Of a DNA stretch of 64,000 nt, positions 40,131 through 49,300 are shown piece after piece. The notes below the pieces were generated by a model. That model was given only the letters and a program-made list of their open reading frames with translations, was not told the DNA's origin and did not search any database. Source of the stretch: Bdellovibrionales bacterium (lineage in GTDB: Bacteria > Pseudomonadota > Alphaproteobacteria > UBA2400). How positions within the stretch are numbered: the first letter of the stretch is position 1; each line of letters starts with the position of its first letter. The position numbers and the translations under genes are program-made. The DNA lies in the NCBI GenBank assembly GCA_039808765.1, contig JBDHTQ010000004.1, positions 74,287 through 138,286 on the forward strand, written 5' to 3'.

Positions 40131-42086
40131 ATGAGAGCTTTTGGTAAACGCGGCGGATCAAATAATCAAAACGACGAGGGATTTGAGGACGAAAACCTTC
40201 CCCCGGAAGATTATTATCAAGAGGAATTTTCTGCTTCTACGCTCGATTCTGAACAAGGCGATGATGACTGGGATTCTTTGTCTGATAATGAAGATTCTGT
40301 CCTCTCTCAAGCTGAGGAAATGAAACATCGTTCCTCGCCCATTGCGCGCATGATTCCTTGGTTTGCCTTGGGTGTGATTGTCGCGGGGGGAATTGTTTAC
40401 TACTTGACGGCCAATATGGGTTCCGGTGTGATTCAGCCGGGAAGTGCTATAACTGCTACCCCTGTTGCCCCGTCAACCAATACTACAGATGAACAATTTG
40501 CCAAACCTATGACATCGCGCGCAACGCCCAGCAGCACAAGTGGTGGGGCAGCGTCAACATCTTCTGGTTCTCCCGAGACGTCAGCATCAGTGTCCATGCC
40601 GGCCTTGCCATCGGATACTGCTTCTGCAAGTGCTCAAACCACCCGATCCGGCTCGTTTATCCCCTCTGACGACGGCACAATTAAATGGGTAGAGCCTGTT
40701 CAATCTCCTGACCAGACGGCCAATAAGGGCAATGTTACGGAGACAGGGACAGCGACGTCTGCATCTACAACAGCTACTGCTGCCACTAACACACCCAGTT
40801 CGGTAACAGAGCAAACTGAGACATCACAACCGCAAACAACGCCGATCATTGGATCACAAGAAACAGTGGAAACCCCGGTTACCACACCGCCTGATTTTTC
40901 TAAGCAGATGGCTTCTATTAATTCCTCATCTGTGACGGATAAACCGGTCACGCCAAACTCACAAAATTCTTCAGCTGCGCAGGAAACTGTCCCATTAAAA
41001 GAACAAACCACGCCGACCGCACCTGCGACACCTAAAAATATTTCGACGGCCAATGACCAACATGCTTCTGAAACAGCTGTTGCCGTGACGCCCTCGACGT
41101 CATCTTCTGACGCCGCGACAAACGAGCGTTCGCCTGAGTCGCTCTTGATGAGTGCGATGAAGTCAACAGCAGATCAGGCAAAAATCCCGCCTGTCGAGAC
41201 GCCTGCAATGACGGCAACAACCGCTCCCACGACGGCCCTTCCAGCAGCGGCTATTCCAACAACGGCAAATGTTAAACCGACGGGCGCTTCTTCTGTACCA
41301 TCTTCATCAGAAGCACCGATACCCAGTGCTGTCACGTCGTCGGGGGAGGCTTCGTCTGCTACATCGGCTCCCTCGCCGTCAGGATTAACGTCAACCTTGG
41401 TTCCGACGTTAGCACCAACAACATCGGTTACAGCACCTGTTTCATCTCAGGGGCTGGGCGTAAGTTCTTCCATTTCGTCGTCCGTCGATGCAACAAAAAC
41501 ACCATCAGCTTCAACTGAAGATGTTGATGATCTCAATTCACGCATGGCTGTGCTTGAGCAGCGATTAGGTGACCTGACGCAGGCATTGGATAAAGTTGCT
41601 GTGCAGAGTACCTCAAAATCATCGGCTACCTCTGAACAAAACACTCAAGCGATGGCTCAGGCTGGTGCATTAAACACTCAGCTTTCTGCACAAATTAAAT
41701 CGCTGCAAAGTGAAATGCAGTCTCTTAAGTCGCAGGTAAAAGATCAAAGCCGGGCGGCCGTGCCGTCATCTGTCACAACATCACCTGTTGTAACATCGGT
41801 TGAAAATAAACAGCCACCCAAAACAATTCCGCTTTTGCCATCCAAGCCCCAGACGGAATCACACAAAGTGGCAACTGCATCGTCCCCTGCTCAAGCCAAT
41901 TCTGCTAAAGCGTGGGAACTGCGTGCGGCGCAGGCTGGCGAGGCTTGGGTAGCGCGTAAAGGCTCAGACAATTTGCAGCATGTCACGGTCGGTCAGTCCG
42001 TGAGTGGTTTGGGTCGCGTGACCAGTATTCGTGAGAAAAATGGGGCATGGGTTGTCGTGACAACAGGCGGTACGCTGCGTCAGTAA
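40131..42086 (+). CDS. Ser/Thr/Ala/Pro-rich bitopic protein with a C-terminal coiled coil and a small beta domain, possibly the DotF/IcmG/TraP analogue
   Basis: TM segment (IPWFALGVIVAGGIVYYL) followed by about 380 aa of S/T/A/P-rich low complexity. A coiled coil (LEQRLGDLTQALDK...LQSEMQSLKSQVKD) and a compact C-terminal domain follow. The gene sits immediately after the VirB10-like gene, as dotF follows dotG. Confidence 0.3.
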   Translation: MRAFGKRGGSNNQNDEGFEDENLPPEDYYQEEFSASTLDSEQGDDDWDSLSDNEDSVLSQAEEMKHRSSPIARMIPWFALGVIVAGGIVYYLTANMGSGVIQPGSAITATPVAPSTNTTDEQFAKPMTSRATPSSTSGGAASTSSGSPETSASVSMPALPSDTASASAQTTRSGSFIPSDDGTIKWVEPVQSPDQTANKGNVTETGTATSASTTATAATNTPSSVTEQTETSQPQTTPIIGSQETVETPVTTPPDFSKQMASINSSSVTDKPVTPNSQNSSAAQETVPLKEQTTPTAPATPKNISTANDQHASETAVAVTPSTSSSDAATNERSPESLLMSAMKSTADQAKIPPVETPAMTATTAPTTALPAAAIPTTANVKPTGASSVPSSSEAPIPSAVTSSGEASSATSAPSPSGLTSTLVPTLAPTTSVTAPVSSQGLGVSSSISSSVDATKTPSASTEDVDDLNSRMAVLEQRLGDLTQALDKVAVQSTSKSSATSEQNTQAMAQAGALNTQLSAQIKSLQSEMQSLKSQVKDQSRAAVPSSVTTSPVVTSVENKQPPKTIPLLPSKPQTESHKVATASSPAQANSAKAWELRAAQAGEAWVARKGSDNLQHVTVGQSVSGLGRVTSIREKNGAWVVVTTGGTLRQ

Positions 42087-42104
42087 CCCTATTGCAGAAA
42101 AAAA

Positions 42105-42149
42105 GCACAGCCATCTGGTGAGCGTACCACGGTCACCAGATGGCTGTGC
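42105..42149 (+). terminator. Perfect 17-bp inverted repeat (GCACAGCCATCTGGTGA-loop-TCACCAGATGGCTGTGC) just after the stop of the DotF-like gene
   Basis: Read directly from the sequence. It is preceded by an A7 run and followed by a weak T-rich stretch. It could be a terminator/attenuator or an RNA stability element. Confidence 0.35.
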
Positions 42150-42412
42150 AGCTTTGTTCGCATCATCACTTTCGTGTGTTTATGGTAAATCCTGAGTAGA
42201 TAGAATCGAAGAAGCCATCTTTGGCGCCGTATTTGCGTTAAAAATATAAAATAGAGCATTTCTACCTTTTGGAGATGCGCTCTAGCCCTGCAATTGACTC
42301 TACACCATCCGTGTTTTTGATTTTTTGCAGTAGGGGAAAATGATTGACTTCAATACGGCATTCGTCCAGATTAAGGCCACAAAGACTTTTTTATACTTAG
42401 AAGGAGATATCA

Positions 42413-42901
42413 ATGAGCAATTTAGGAGAAAAATTTAAAGAATCGGCTGAAAAGTTCAAAAATTACATCCAAGGAAATAAAACGACAGTACGTATGTTTT
42501 GTGGTGTGTCCACAGCTTTTCTTTTCGGAGCAGCTTTAGATCATACCCTGATGTGGGCAAGTATGCTTGCACCAACTTCATTAACACTGCCTAGCGCAAC
42601 CATTAGCGTTGCGTTGGGTTTCGGCGCTGCTCGCCAGATTGATAAGGGGTTAAAATTATTGCCAAATGATGATAATAACAGTATTTTAGGCTCGCCAAAA
42701 GCAGGATTTATAGATGCCGCTGGATTCGCCGTATTGTCAGGCATGGCAACGCATATGGGTTTTGCGTTATCGTTGTGTGAGTTTCCAAAAGCATCTGTAT
42801 TCGGCCTCCTTGTAGGGGGAATTTGTGGCGCTACCGCAGTTGCTTTGTTTCGTGATAGTGCGCACGCGCTGCGCTCAAAAGTTTCTCGAGCAATGCATTA
42901 A
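42413..42901 (+). CDS. Small polytopic membrane protein in the T4SS-like operon (about the size of IcmC/DotE)
   Basis: 162 aa with 3-4 hydrophobic helices and an AGGAG RBS upstream. No family recognised. Confidence 0.3.
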   Translation: MSNLGEKFKESAEKFKNYIQGNKTTVRMFCGVSTAFLFGAALDHTLMWASMLAPTSLTLPSATISVALGFGAARQIDKGLKLLPNDDNNSILGSPKAGFIDAAGFAVLSGMATHMGFALSLCEFPKASVFGLLVGGICGATAVALFRDSAHALRSKVSRAMH

Positions 42902-43216
42902 TTTTATATGGTTCAATTTTTTCAGGCGAGATATTGTTCAGCGTGATTTGTGAGGAAGCGTTCTGGATCGATTATTGTTTGTTCCTGTTTTTCCTGTGCC
43001 TGGCATTGGTGGCTGCATTTTTGCGTGCAGACAAAAATGCCAGGTTTTTACGTTTTTAAGAAAACAAACCGATTGCGAGAGTGAAATTTTTGGTTAAGGA
43101 CTCGTTTTTTAGCGAATTTGTTCTAAATTCTCGTAAAATTTATCGATTAATTAAAGTAATGGGTGTTCATTTGATCATTCTAACCTGTTATAATTGCAGG
43201 ATAAGATAGAGGAGAT

Positions 43217-44191
43217 GTGCCTATGGATTGCACTAAAAAAGATTTTTTCGCTTCAAAATCAAATGGATGCCTAACGTTCAGTGTGGCTCTAATCAGCGTG
43301 CTGTTCTTTGCTTTTCCTGCATTCGCTGATGAAGATTTGGGCGCAAGCATTCTTAGTGTCGTTAATTCGGGTTACAGTAATGTTCCAATTATTCTGACGT
43401 ATTTCTCTTACATTGCGGGGCTTATGCTTGGTCTGATCGGTTTAAATAAAATAAAAACCCATTTCGTTGGTGGGAATCAGCCTCTTTCTGGTGGATTGTG
43501 GCATCTGGTTGGCGCATCGCTGCTAATTTCTTTGCCCACAGCATGGGGCATGATTGTTCGTTCTCTCAAAACGGGTTCTGTATCGGGTTCCACGCGGGCT
43601 GTGGCCGATTTAAGTGGGGCAGGTGGGGGCACAGGGAGCTTATCGCTTGACCAAATGATGATCGACTTGGTAACCAATATCCAAGCACCGATGGGCTACC
43701 TTTTGTGGAGCTTGAGTGCAGTATTGGGACTATTCTTCCTAACCACCTCATTTTTGCGAATGGCCAAAAACTCTGGTCAGGATGGACCGCGTAACTCACT
43801 GGGTGCGGGAACACTCAGCCGAGTAGTTATCGGCGGGTTACTTCTTTCATTCTCGGCGACGGCAGACATTGTAACGACCACCCTGTTTGGTACCAATGTT
43901 CTTAAATTTTCATCAATGGATCTGAGCGGTTCGGTAGATGCGAATGCGTTAGACCATATTAATGCGACCATTTCGGCTGTGTTGGTTTTCGTTCAGATTC
44001 TTGGGTTCATTGCTTTTATGCGTGGTTTTTTGATGCTTCGTGCCCAGTTTGACGGTGGTAACGGAAGTACAGCGGCTGCTTTTACCCATATTATTGGTGG
44101 AGCGGTGGCGTTTAATATTTCCTCATTTATGGGGATTATGGAAAAAACGTTCTGTGCAACCGCTGGGTGTAGCGTCTTTGAATTTAACTGA
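43217..44191 (+). CDS. Polytopic membrane protein with a signal peptide, last gene of the T4SS-like operon
   Basis: 324 aa. A signal-like N-terminus (FSVALISVLFFAFPAFADE) is followed by about 6 TM helices and Gly-rich loops. A strong terminator follows. Confidence 0.3.
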   Translation: MPMDCTKKDFFASKSNGCLTFSVALISVLFFAFPAFADEDLGASILSVVNSGYSNVPIILTYFSYIAGLMLGLIGLNKIKTHFVGGNQPLSGGLWHLVGASLLISLPTAWGMIVRSLKTGSVSGSTRAVADLSGAGGGTGSLSLDQMMIDLVTNIQAPMGYLLWSLSAVLGLFFLTTSFLRMAKNSGQDGPRNSLGAGTLSRVVIGGLLLSFSATADIVTTTLFGTNVLKFSSMDLSGSVDANALDHINATISAVLVFVQILGFIAFMRGFLMLRAQFDGGNGSTAAAFTHIIGGAVAFNISSFMGIMEKTFCATAGCSVFEFN

Positions 44192-44212
44192 GGTTCCATC
44201 TTTTCCAAAACT

Positions 44213-44236
44213 GGGGGCTTCGGCCCCCTTTTTTTG
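44213..44236 (+). terminator. Rho-independent terminator ending the T4SS-like operon
   Basis: GGGGGCTTCGGCCCCC hairpin followed by TTTTTTT. Confidence 0.55.
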
Positions 44237-44357
44237 TGCTTAATTTATTGGCTGCTATTATGTTGTCCATCAAATGATTCGAGGGATTGCGCGTCGTGCT
44301 TAAGTGTGGCTTTATCGCCCTTGAGCAAAATGCTTACTCTTTGTCGGGTGGGGGATA

Positions 44358-45524
44358 GTGGTGCAGTCTTCATACATTTTTACAAGCGAATCCGTATCTG
44401 AAGGACATCCTGATAAGGTATGCGATCGCATATCCGATAGTTTGCTGGACCATTTTCTAACCGTTGATCCCAATGCGCGTGTGGCAATTGAAACATTAGC
44501 GACAACCAACACGGTTGTTCTTGCCGGGGAGGTTCGCAGCAATACCGAGGTTTCTCGCCAAACGCTTGAAAATGTAGCGCGTAAAGCGGTTAAGGAAATC
44601 GGCTACGAGCAGGAAGGATTCAGTTGGAAAACCCTTAATATTCAATCTTTTATTCACGCACAATCGGCAGATATTGCACGCGGCGTTGATGCGGCTCTTA
44701 ATAAGGACGAGGGGGCAGGGGATCAGGGCATTATGTTTGGTTATGCCTGTGATGAAACCCCCCAGCTCATGCCGGCTCCCCTTTTTTATGCACATAAAAT
44801 TCTGCAATTGTTGGCTGAGGCGCGCCATAGCCGTCTGGCTGATAAATTAGGGCCAGATGCCAAAAGCCAGGTCAGTATCGCGTATGAAAACAATCGGCCG
44901 ATGCGCTGTACCTCGCTTGTTCTTTCTACGCAACATGCAGGCAATCTTGAGCAGGATGAGGTTAAAGCGATTGTTCTGCCAGTACTTGAACAGGCCATTC
45001 CGCAAGGATGGATGTGCGATGAGCGCGCGTTATATATCAACCCAACCGGACGGTTTGTGATTGGCGGGCCGGATGGCGATGCCGGGCTAACGGGGCGCAA
45101 GATCATTGTCGATACTTATGGCGGGGCTTCACCGCATGGAGGCGGCGCTTTTTCAGGCAAAGACCCGACAAAGGTAGATCGCTCTGCCGCGTATGCGATG
45201 CGTTATTTGGCCAAGAATGTGGTGGCGGCTGGTTTGGCAAAACGTTGCTGTATTCAGGTGTCTTATGCGATCGGGGTGGCATATCCCTTATCCTTATACG
45301 TTAACACCTATGGCACAAATGAAGTCGACGAAGGGAAAATCGCAGAAACCCTCCGTGCCCTCATGAATTTAAGTCCACGCGGTATCCGTGAGCATCTAAA
45401 GCTCAATCGCCCCATCTACGCACGCACATCCGCTTATGGTCACTTTGGTCGTGAGCCGGAGGCTGATGGTGGCTTTAGTTGGGAAAAGCTGGATTTGGTC
45501 GATGCGCTAAAATCGGCATTTTAA
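44358..45524 (+). CDS. metK: S-adenosylmethionine synthetase MetK
   Basis: 388 aa. Conserved blocks: [37 protein letters not shown]...[23 protein letters not shown]. Confidence 0.9.
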   Translation: MVQSSYIFTSESVSEGHPDKVCDRISDSLLDHFLTVDPNARVAIETLATTNTVVLAGEVRSNTEVSRQTLENVARKAVKEIGYEQEGFSWKTLNIQSFIHAQSADIARGVDAALNKDEGAGDQGIMFGYACDETPQLMPAPLFYAHKILQLLAEARHSRLADKLGPDAKSQVSIAYENNRPMRCTSLVLSTQHAGNLEQDEVKAIVLPVLEQAIPQGWMCDERALYINPTGRFVIGGPDGDAGLTGRKIIVDTYGGASPHGGGAFSGKDPTKVDRSAAYAMRYLAKNVVAAGLAKRCCIQVSYAIGVAYPLSLYVNTYGTNEVDEGKIAETLRALMNLSPRGIREHLKLNRPIYARTSAYGHFGREPEADGGFSWEKLDLVDALKSAF

Positions 45525-45535
45525 GAGGTGTAGCG

Positions 45536-46273
45536 ATGAATAAGATTGCATTAATTACCGGGGCTAATCGGGGCTTGGGGTATGAGGCCGCTCGGCAATT
45601 GGGCCAATGTGGCTATCACATTATTTTGGGTGTGCGAACATTAAGCAAAGGCATGGCTGCAGCAGCACAGCTTAAAAAGGAAGGGATCAATGTGATTGCC
45701 ATCCAACTGGATGTGACGAACGAAGCGAGCCTGAAAAAAGCGGCCGAGCAGATTGCGCAGTCTTATGATCACCTCGATGTTTTGATCAACAATGCTGGTA
45801 TCGGTCGCAATGAAGATGTGCAACCATCCGTTACGCCTCAGTCGATTTGGCAGGAAGTTTTTACGACCAATTTCTTTGGGTTGGTTGCCTGTACCCAGGC
45901 GTTTTTACCGCTTCTCAAAAAATCACCAGCAGGCCGGATCGTGAATGTTAGCAGCATTATGGGCTCGATTTCGCTTGCAGCAGACGAAAAAAATTATGAA
46001 TTTTCGAAATGGGTCGGCGTTGGTGCTGGCGCATACTCTGCCTCGAAAGCGGCTGTAAACATGTTTACAGTTCATCTTGCCCGCGAATTAAAGGATACAT
46101 CAGTCAAGGTCAATACTGTACATCCGGGCTGGGTTAAAACTGACATGGGGGGACAAGAGGCTCCGATGGAAATTCCTGAGGGTGCAAAAACCTTGGTGGA
46201 TCTTGCCACACTGCCCCCTGATAGCGCTGTGACAGGACAGTTTATTCATATGGGTCAAGCATTAGCTTTTTAG
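45536..46273 (+). CDS. Short-chain dehydrogenase/reductase (SDR) family oxidoreductase
   Basis: Cofactor-binding motif TGANRGLG, NNAG, and the catalytic YxxxK (YSASKAAV). Confidence 0.7.
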   Translation: MNKIALITGANRGLGYEAARQLGQCGYHIILGVRTLSKGMAAAAQLKKEGINVIAIQLDVTNEASLKKAAEQIAQSYDHLDVLINNAGIGRNEDVQPSVTPQSIWQEVFTTNFFGLVACTQAFLPLLKKSPAGRIVNVSSIMGSISLAADEKNYEFSKWVGVGAGAYSASKAAVNMFTVHLARELKDTSVKVNTVHPGWVKTDMGGQEAPMEIPEGAKTLVDLATLPPDSAVTGQFIHMGQALAF

Positions 46274-46630
46274 TTTACGTCAAAAAAATTATGTCTTGGG
46301 TCCTTCTGATTGTGGCAAAAGCTTAATACACTTATCCGCGCGTGAGCGAATGCCGTTAATCACCAAAAAAATGTCCCCACTTGCGGCCATTGCCGCATCA
46401 TGGCGGGCAGCGCCATCCCAAATCTGGGCAAGATTGCACACACCGAATGTATAAAAAGAGGCGACCAAGGGTTTTGTCACGACAAATTCTTCAACTTTTG
46501 CTGCAAAATGCCTCATATGTTTGTATATTTTTAAAAAGAATGGTTAAAGAATTGGTGCTCTTGTTACAAGCTAAAAAAAGTTAAGATATAGCAGACGCCG
46601 GTTTACGAAATTCCGTATAAGCAGTTTTGT

Positions 46631-47509
46631 TCATTTACTTTTTTGCTCGTTAAGGTGCGGTAACTGAATGTGAGCAGCACGCAGCGTGTTAGAGAGTAAA
46701 CATGCCACCGTCATTGGGCCAACACCACCGGGCACAGGTGTGATTGCCCTTGCTTTTTCTGCGCATTCAGCAAAGGCTAGATCGCCTATCAGTTTTCCTT
46801 CACCGTTACGGGTGATCCCCACATCAATAAGAATACTTCCCTCTTTTACCCATGAGCCTTTAACCAGTTCAGCCACACCCGTTGCCGTAACAATGATATC
46901 CGCTTGGTGCGCCAAAAGGGCGAGATCACGCGTATGGCGATGGGCAATCGTGACAGTGCATTCCGCTTGATTGAGTAATTCCGCCATCGGGTGTCCCACC
47001 AGTAACGATCGCCCGATCACGAGCGCATTCATTCCCACAAGTGAGGGTTCAACAGTGTGAATAAGCCGCATACATCCTTGTGGCGTGCAGGGCACGAATC
47101 CAGTGGTTTGGTTTTGGGCAAGCAGACCTTGATTCAACGGATGCAGGCCGTCTACATCTTTGCGTGGGTCAATAAGGGGTAAAAAATCATATGCATTCAG
47201 CTCGGGGGGAAGGGGGAGCTGTAAAAGAATCCCATGTACGTCAGGGTTATTGTTGAGAGAAATAATCGCCTGACGCAATTCCTCTGCGGACGTTGCAGGA
47301 TTTAAAAAAACGGGGACTGTATCTATTCCCACGTTTTTACAGGCAGAAATTTTCTTTTGAACATAAATCTGACTGGCCGGGTCATCGCCAACCAAGATCG
47401 TCGCCAGTGTCACCCTCTTGAGACTGATCGCCTCATAGTGTGAGGCTTCTTGCTTTACCTTTTCAAGAAGAATAGACGCGATTGCCTTGCCATCAATAAC
47501 GTGTGCCAT
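46631..47509 (-). CDS. folD: Bifunctional methylenetetrahydrofolate dehydrogenase/cyclohydrolase FolD
   Basis: 292 aa. Conserved blocks: ATILVGDDPASQIYV, HGILLQLPLP, TPQGCMRL, GRSLLVGHPMAELL, PVPGGVGPMTVA. Confidence 0.85.
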   Translation of the reverse strand: MAHVIDGKAIASILLEKVKQEASHYEAISLKRVTLATILVGDDPASQIYVQKKISACKNVGIDTVPVFLNPATSAEELRQAIISLNNNPDVHGILLQLPLPPELNAYDFLPLIDPRKDVDGLHPLNQGLLAQNQTTGFVPCTPQGCMRLIHTVEPSLVGMNALVIGRSLLVGHPMAELLNQAECTVTIAHRHTRDLALLAHQADIIVTATGVAELVKGSWVKEGSILIDVGITRNGEGKLIGDLAFAECAEKARAITPVPGGVGPMTVACLLSNTLRAAHIQLPHLNEQKSK

Positions 47510-47512
47510 GGG

Positions 47513-47812
47513 TTATAAGGGGGTGTGAATAACCAAAGGGACAAGATACCACCACAAACACTGACGTATAAACTCAATGAGCAAAATTAAGATGACCGGA
47601 GAAATATCAATCCCGCTAATTGGAGGGATTTTACGACGAATAGGTTTTAAAAGTGGCTCGGTAAGTGAGATACAAAAACGATAAATTGTTCGCACCAATT
47701 CGTTATGTCCATTGATGACATTAAAGGTGAGAAGAAGGTTTAAAAGAACGGCAATAATCAGTACCCACGAATAGAGGTTCAGAAGAGTATTAATAAGGTT
47801 GATAAATGGCAT
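47513..47812 (-). CDS. YggT-family small membrane protein
   Basis: 99 aa with two TM helices and the proline-containing loop characteristic of YggT/Ycf19. It sits next to folD. Confidence 0.45.
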   Translation of the reverse strand: MPFINLINTLLNLYSWVLIIAVLLNLLLTFNVINGHNELVRTIYRFCISLTEPLLKPIRRKIPPISGIDISPVILILLIEFIRQCLWWYLVPLVIHTPL

Positions 47813-47913
47813 CGTGTATTCTCCCCGGGATCAAGGTAGCAGGTTGTAAAAAAGAGGCAAGTACAGCTTGACAGATGCGGCCCAAATCGGCCAATCTCCG
47901 CACTGCAAACAGT

Positions 47914-47989
47914 GGGGCAATAGCTCAGTTGGTAGAGCGCTACATTCGCATTGTAGAGGTCGGGAGTTCGACTCTCCTTTGCTCCACCA
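47914..47989 (+). tRNA. tRNA-Ala (anticodon CGC)
   Basis: Cloverleaf folded by hand. The acceptor stem GGGGCAA/TTGCTCC carries the Ala identity pair G3:U70. D-arm GCTC-AGTTGGTA-GAGC; anticodon arm CTACA-TTCGCAT-TGTAG (anticodon CGC); T-arm GGGAG-TTCGACT-CTCCT; discriminator A; encoded CCA. Confidence 0.8.
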
Positions 47990-48145
47990 TTCCGTCTGGC
48001 CGGTCAGGCCTTTTTGCATATATCCCCTGCTTTTGTCCCGATTGAGGGGGTATTTCGCCACCACCGGGTCGGGGAGAGCGGACTTTCGGTCCTTAATCGG
48101 CCTCTTCGGGCTAGAATTCTCCGTTTCAGATTGTGTCCGACCCGC
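47958..48145 (+). repeat. Direct repeat copy 1 (attL-like). It covers the 3' 32 nt of tRNA-Ala plus about 155 nt downstream.
   Basis: About 190 bp that recurs with roughly 93% identity at 54279-54470. The two copies bracket a 6.3-kb insert. Confidence 0.6.
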
Positions 48146-48292
48146 GAGCGTATATGTGGCAGAATTATTCAAAATCACTTTGCGAAATGTGATCGACGCT
48201 CGCCGCGCGCGATTTATTTTAATACCGCCAATCACATCGCCTTACGCCCGGACATCTTCATATTCCTAGAGGCAAGTTTCACTACCTAATTT

Positions 48293-49300
48293 TTAAAGTT
48301 CTGGGAACATCACATCTGCCATATATGCTGCCACATTACGGGGTCGGCCGATGGCGGGCATGTGGTGCATGGCGAGACCGGGGTTGGCATTAATCTCGAT
48401 GATCGCATGGGTAACCGTAGTCTGATCGACGGTAATGTCCGGAGTAAGAAAATCGATCCCTACACAGGGAAGACCATCGAATGTCTGCAGTGCTCTTTTT
48501 GCAATGCTCAACACCGAGGAATGAATCACATCTGTCATGTCCGTTGATACGCCGCCTTGAGCTAGATTAGAAATGAGTCGCAGATAGATTTTTTCACCTT
48601 TATTCGGGACGTGATCAAAGTTCAGGCCCTTCTGCTGCAGGTAATTCAGCACGATATCGTCGAGGGCTATGGGGCAGAGGGCACTACCCTCTTTCTTTTT
48701 GACAGACTCCCGCCGGAGACTTTCCTGCTCAGCTAGAGCTCGGATATTGTTTTTGCCGTCACCTATTACATGCGCGGGATCGCGAAGTAGAACTGCGTAG
48801 TCTCCCTTGGTGGTGATGAAGATGCGGTACTCGTTGCCGTGAATATGCCGTTCGACGATAAAGAAAGATTGCTCTCCTGCCTGATGGAGAAGGGCGTAAA
48901 TTGCATCCTGCAGCTGTTCTCTGTTTTCGAGGCCGGAGCGAACTAACTCGCCATGCGAGCCGGTATTCGGTTTGACCACAAGCGGGAAGCCGATTTCGTC
49001 GCCATAATTCAGCGCTGCCTCGATATCGCCGCCCGTGAAGATTCGTCCCTCGGGCACATACAGCCCACTCTCTTCCAGAAGTAATTTAGCCGTGTGTTTG
49101 TCCGCCGCTAACGAGGACGGCAGATAAGGCACGATTTTGCTAGCCCGGTCGAGCAGATACTCAGTCGTTCCTTTATAAGACACCCGCATAAGCTCGAGAT
49201 TGTAGTCGAGCGAAGTGACATTCGCCCCGCGGCGCACGAGTTCTTCAACCAGGAGACGCTGATTGGTATGAAGACAGCTGAGATCAAGTGTACTCGTCAC
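48293..49300 (-). CDS. ATP-grasp ligase (RimK / LysX / graspetide-ligase-like)
   Basis: 335 aa with a GTG start. ATP-grasp blocks present: FPLVVKPNTGSHGELV, HIHGNEYRIF, IIEINANPG. Confidence 0.65.
   Translation of the reverse strand: MTSTLDLSCLHTNQRLLVEELVRRGANVTSLDYNLELMRVSYKGTTEYLLDRASKIVPYLPSSLAADKHTAKLLLEESGLYVPEGRIFTGGDIEAALNYGDEIGFPLVVKPNTGSHGELVRSGLENREQLQDAIYALLHQAGEQSFFIVERHIHGNEYRIFITTKGDYAVLLRDPAHVIGDGKNNIRALAEQESLRRESVKKKEGSALCPIALDDIVLNYLQQKGLNFDHVPNKGEKIYLRLISNLAQGGVSTDMTDVIHSSVLSIAKRALQTFDGLPCVGIDFLTPDITVDQTTVTHAIIEINANPGLAMHHMPAIGRPRNVAAYMADVMFPEL

Noticed and set aside
46289-46516. 75-aa minus-strand ORF in the SDR-folD intergenic region
   Set aside because: No RBS or motif support and no family resemblance. 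Possibly a genuine small protein, but the evidence is insufficient.
47831-48289. ORFs overlapping tRNA-Ala and the repeat (134 aa minus strand, 133 aa and 91 aa plus strand), and their near-duplicates at 54054-54627
   Set aside because: Their similarity to each other is a by-product of the roughly 190-bp direct repeat. They overlap a tRNA gene and show no coding features.
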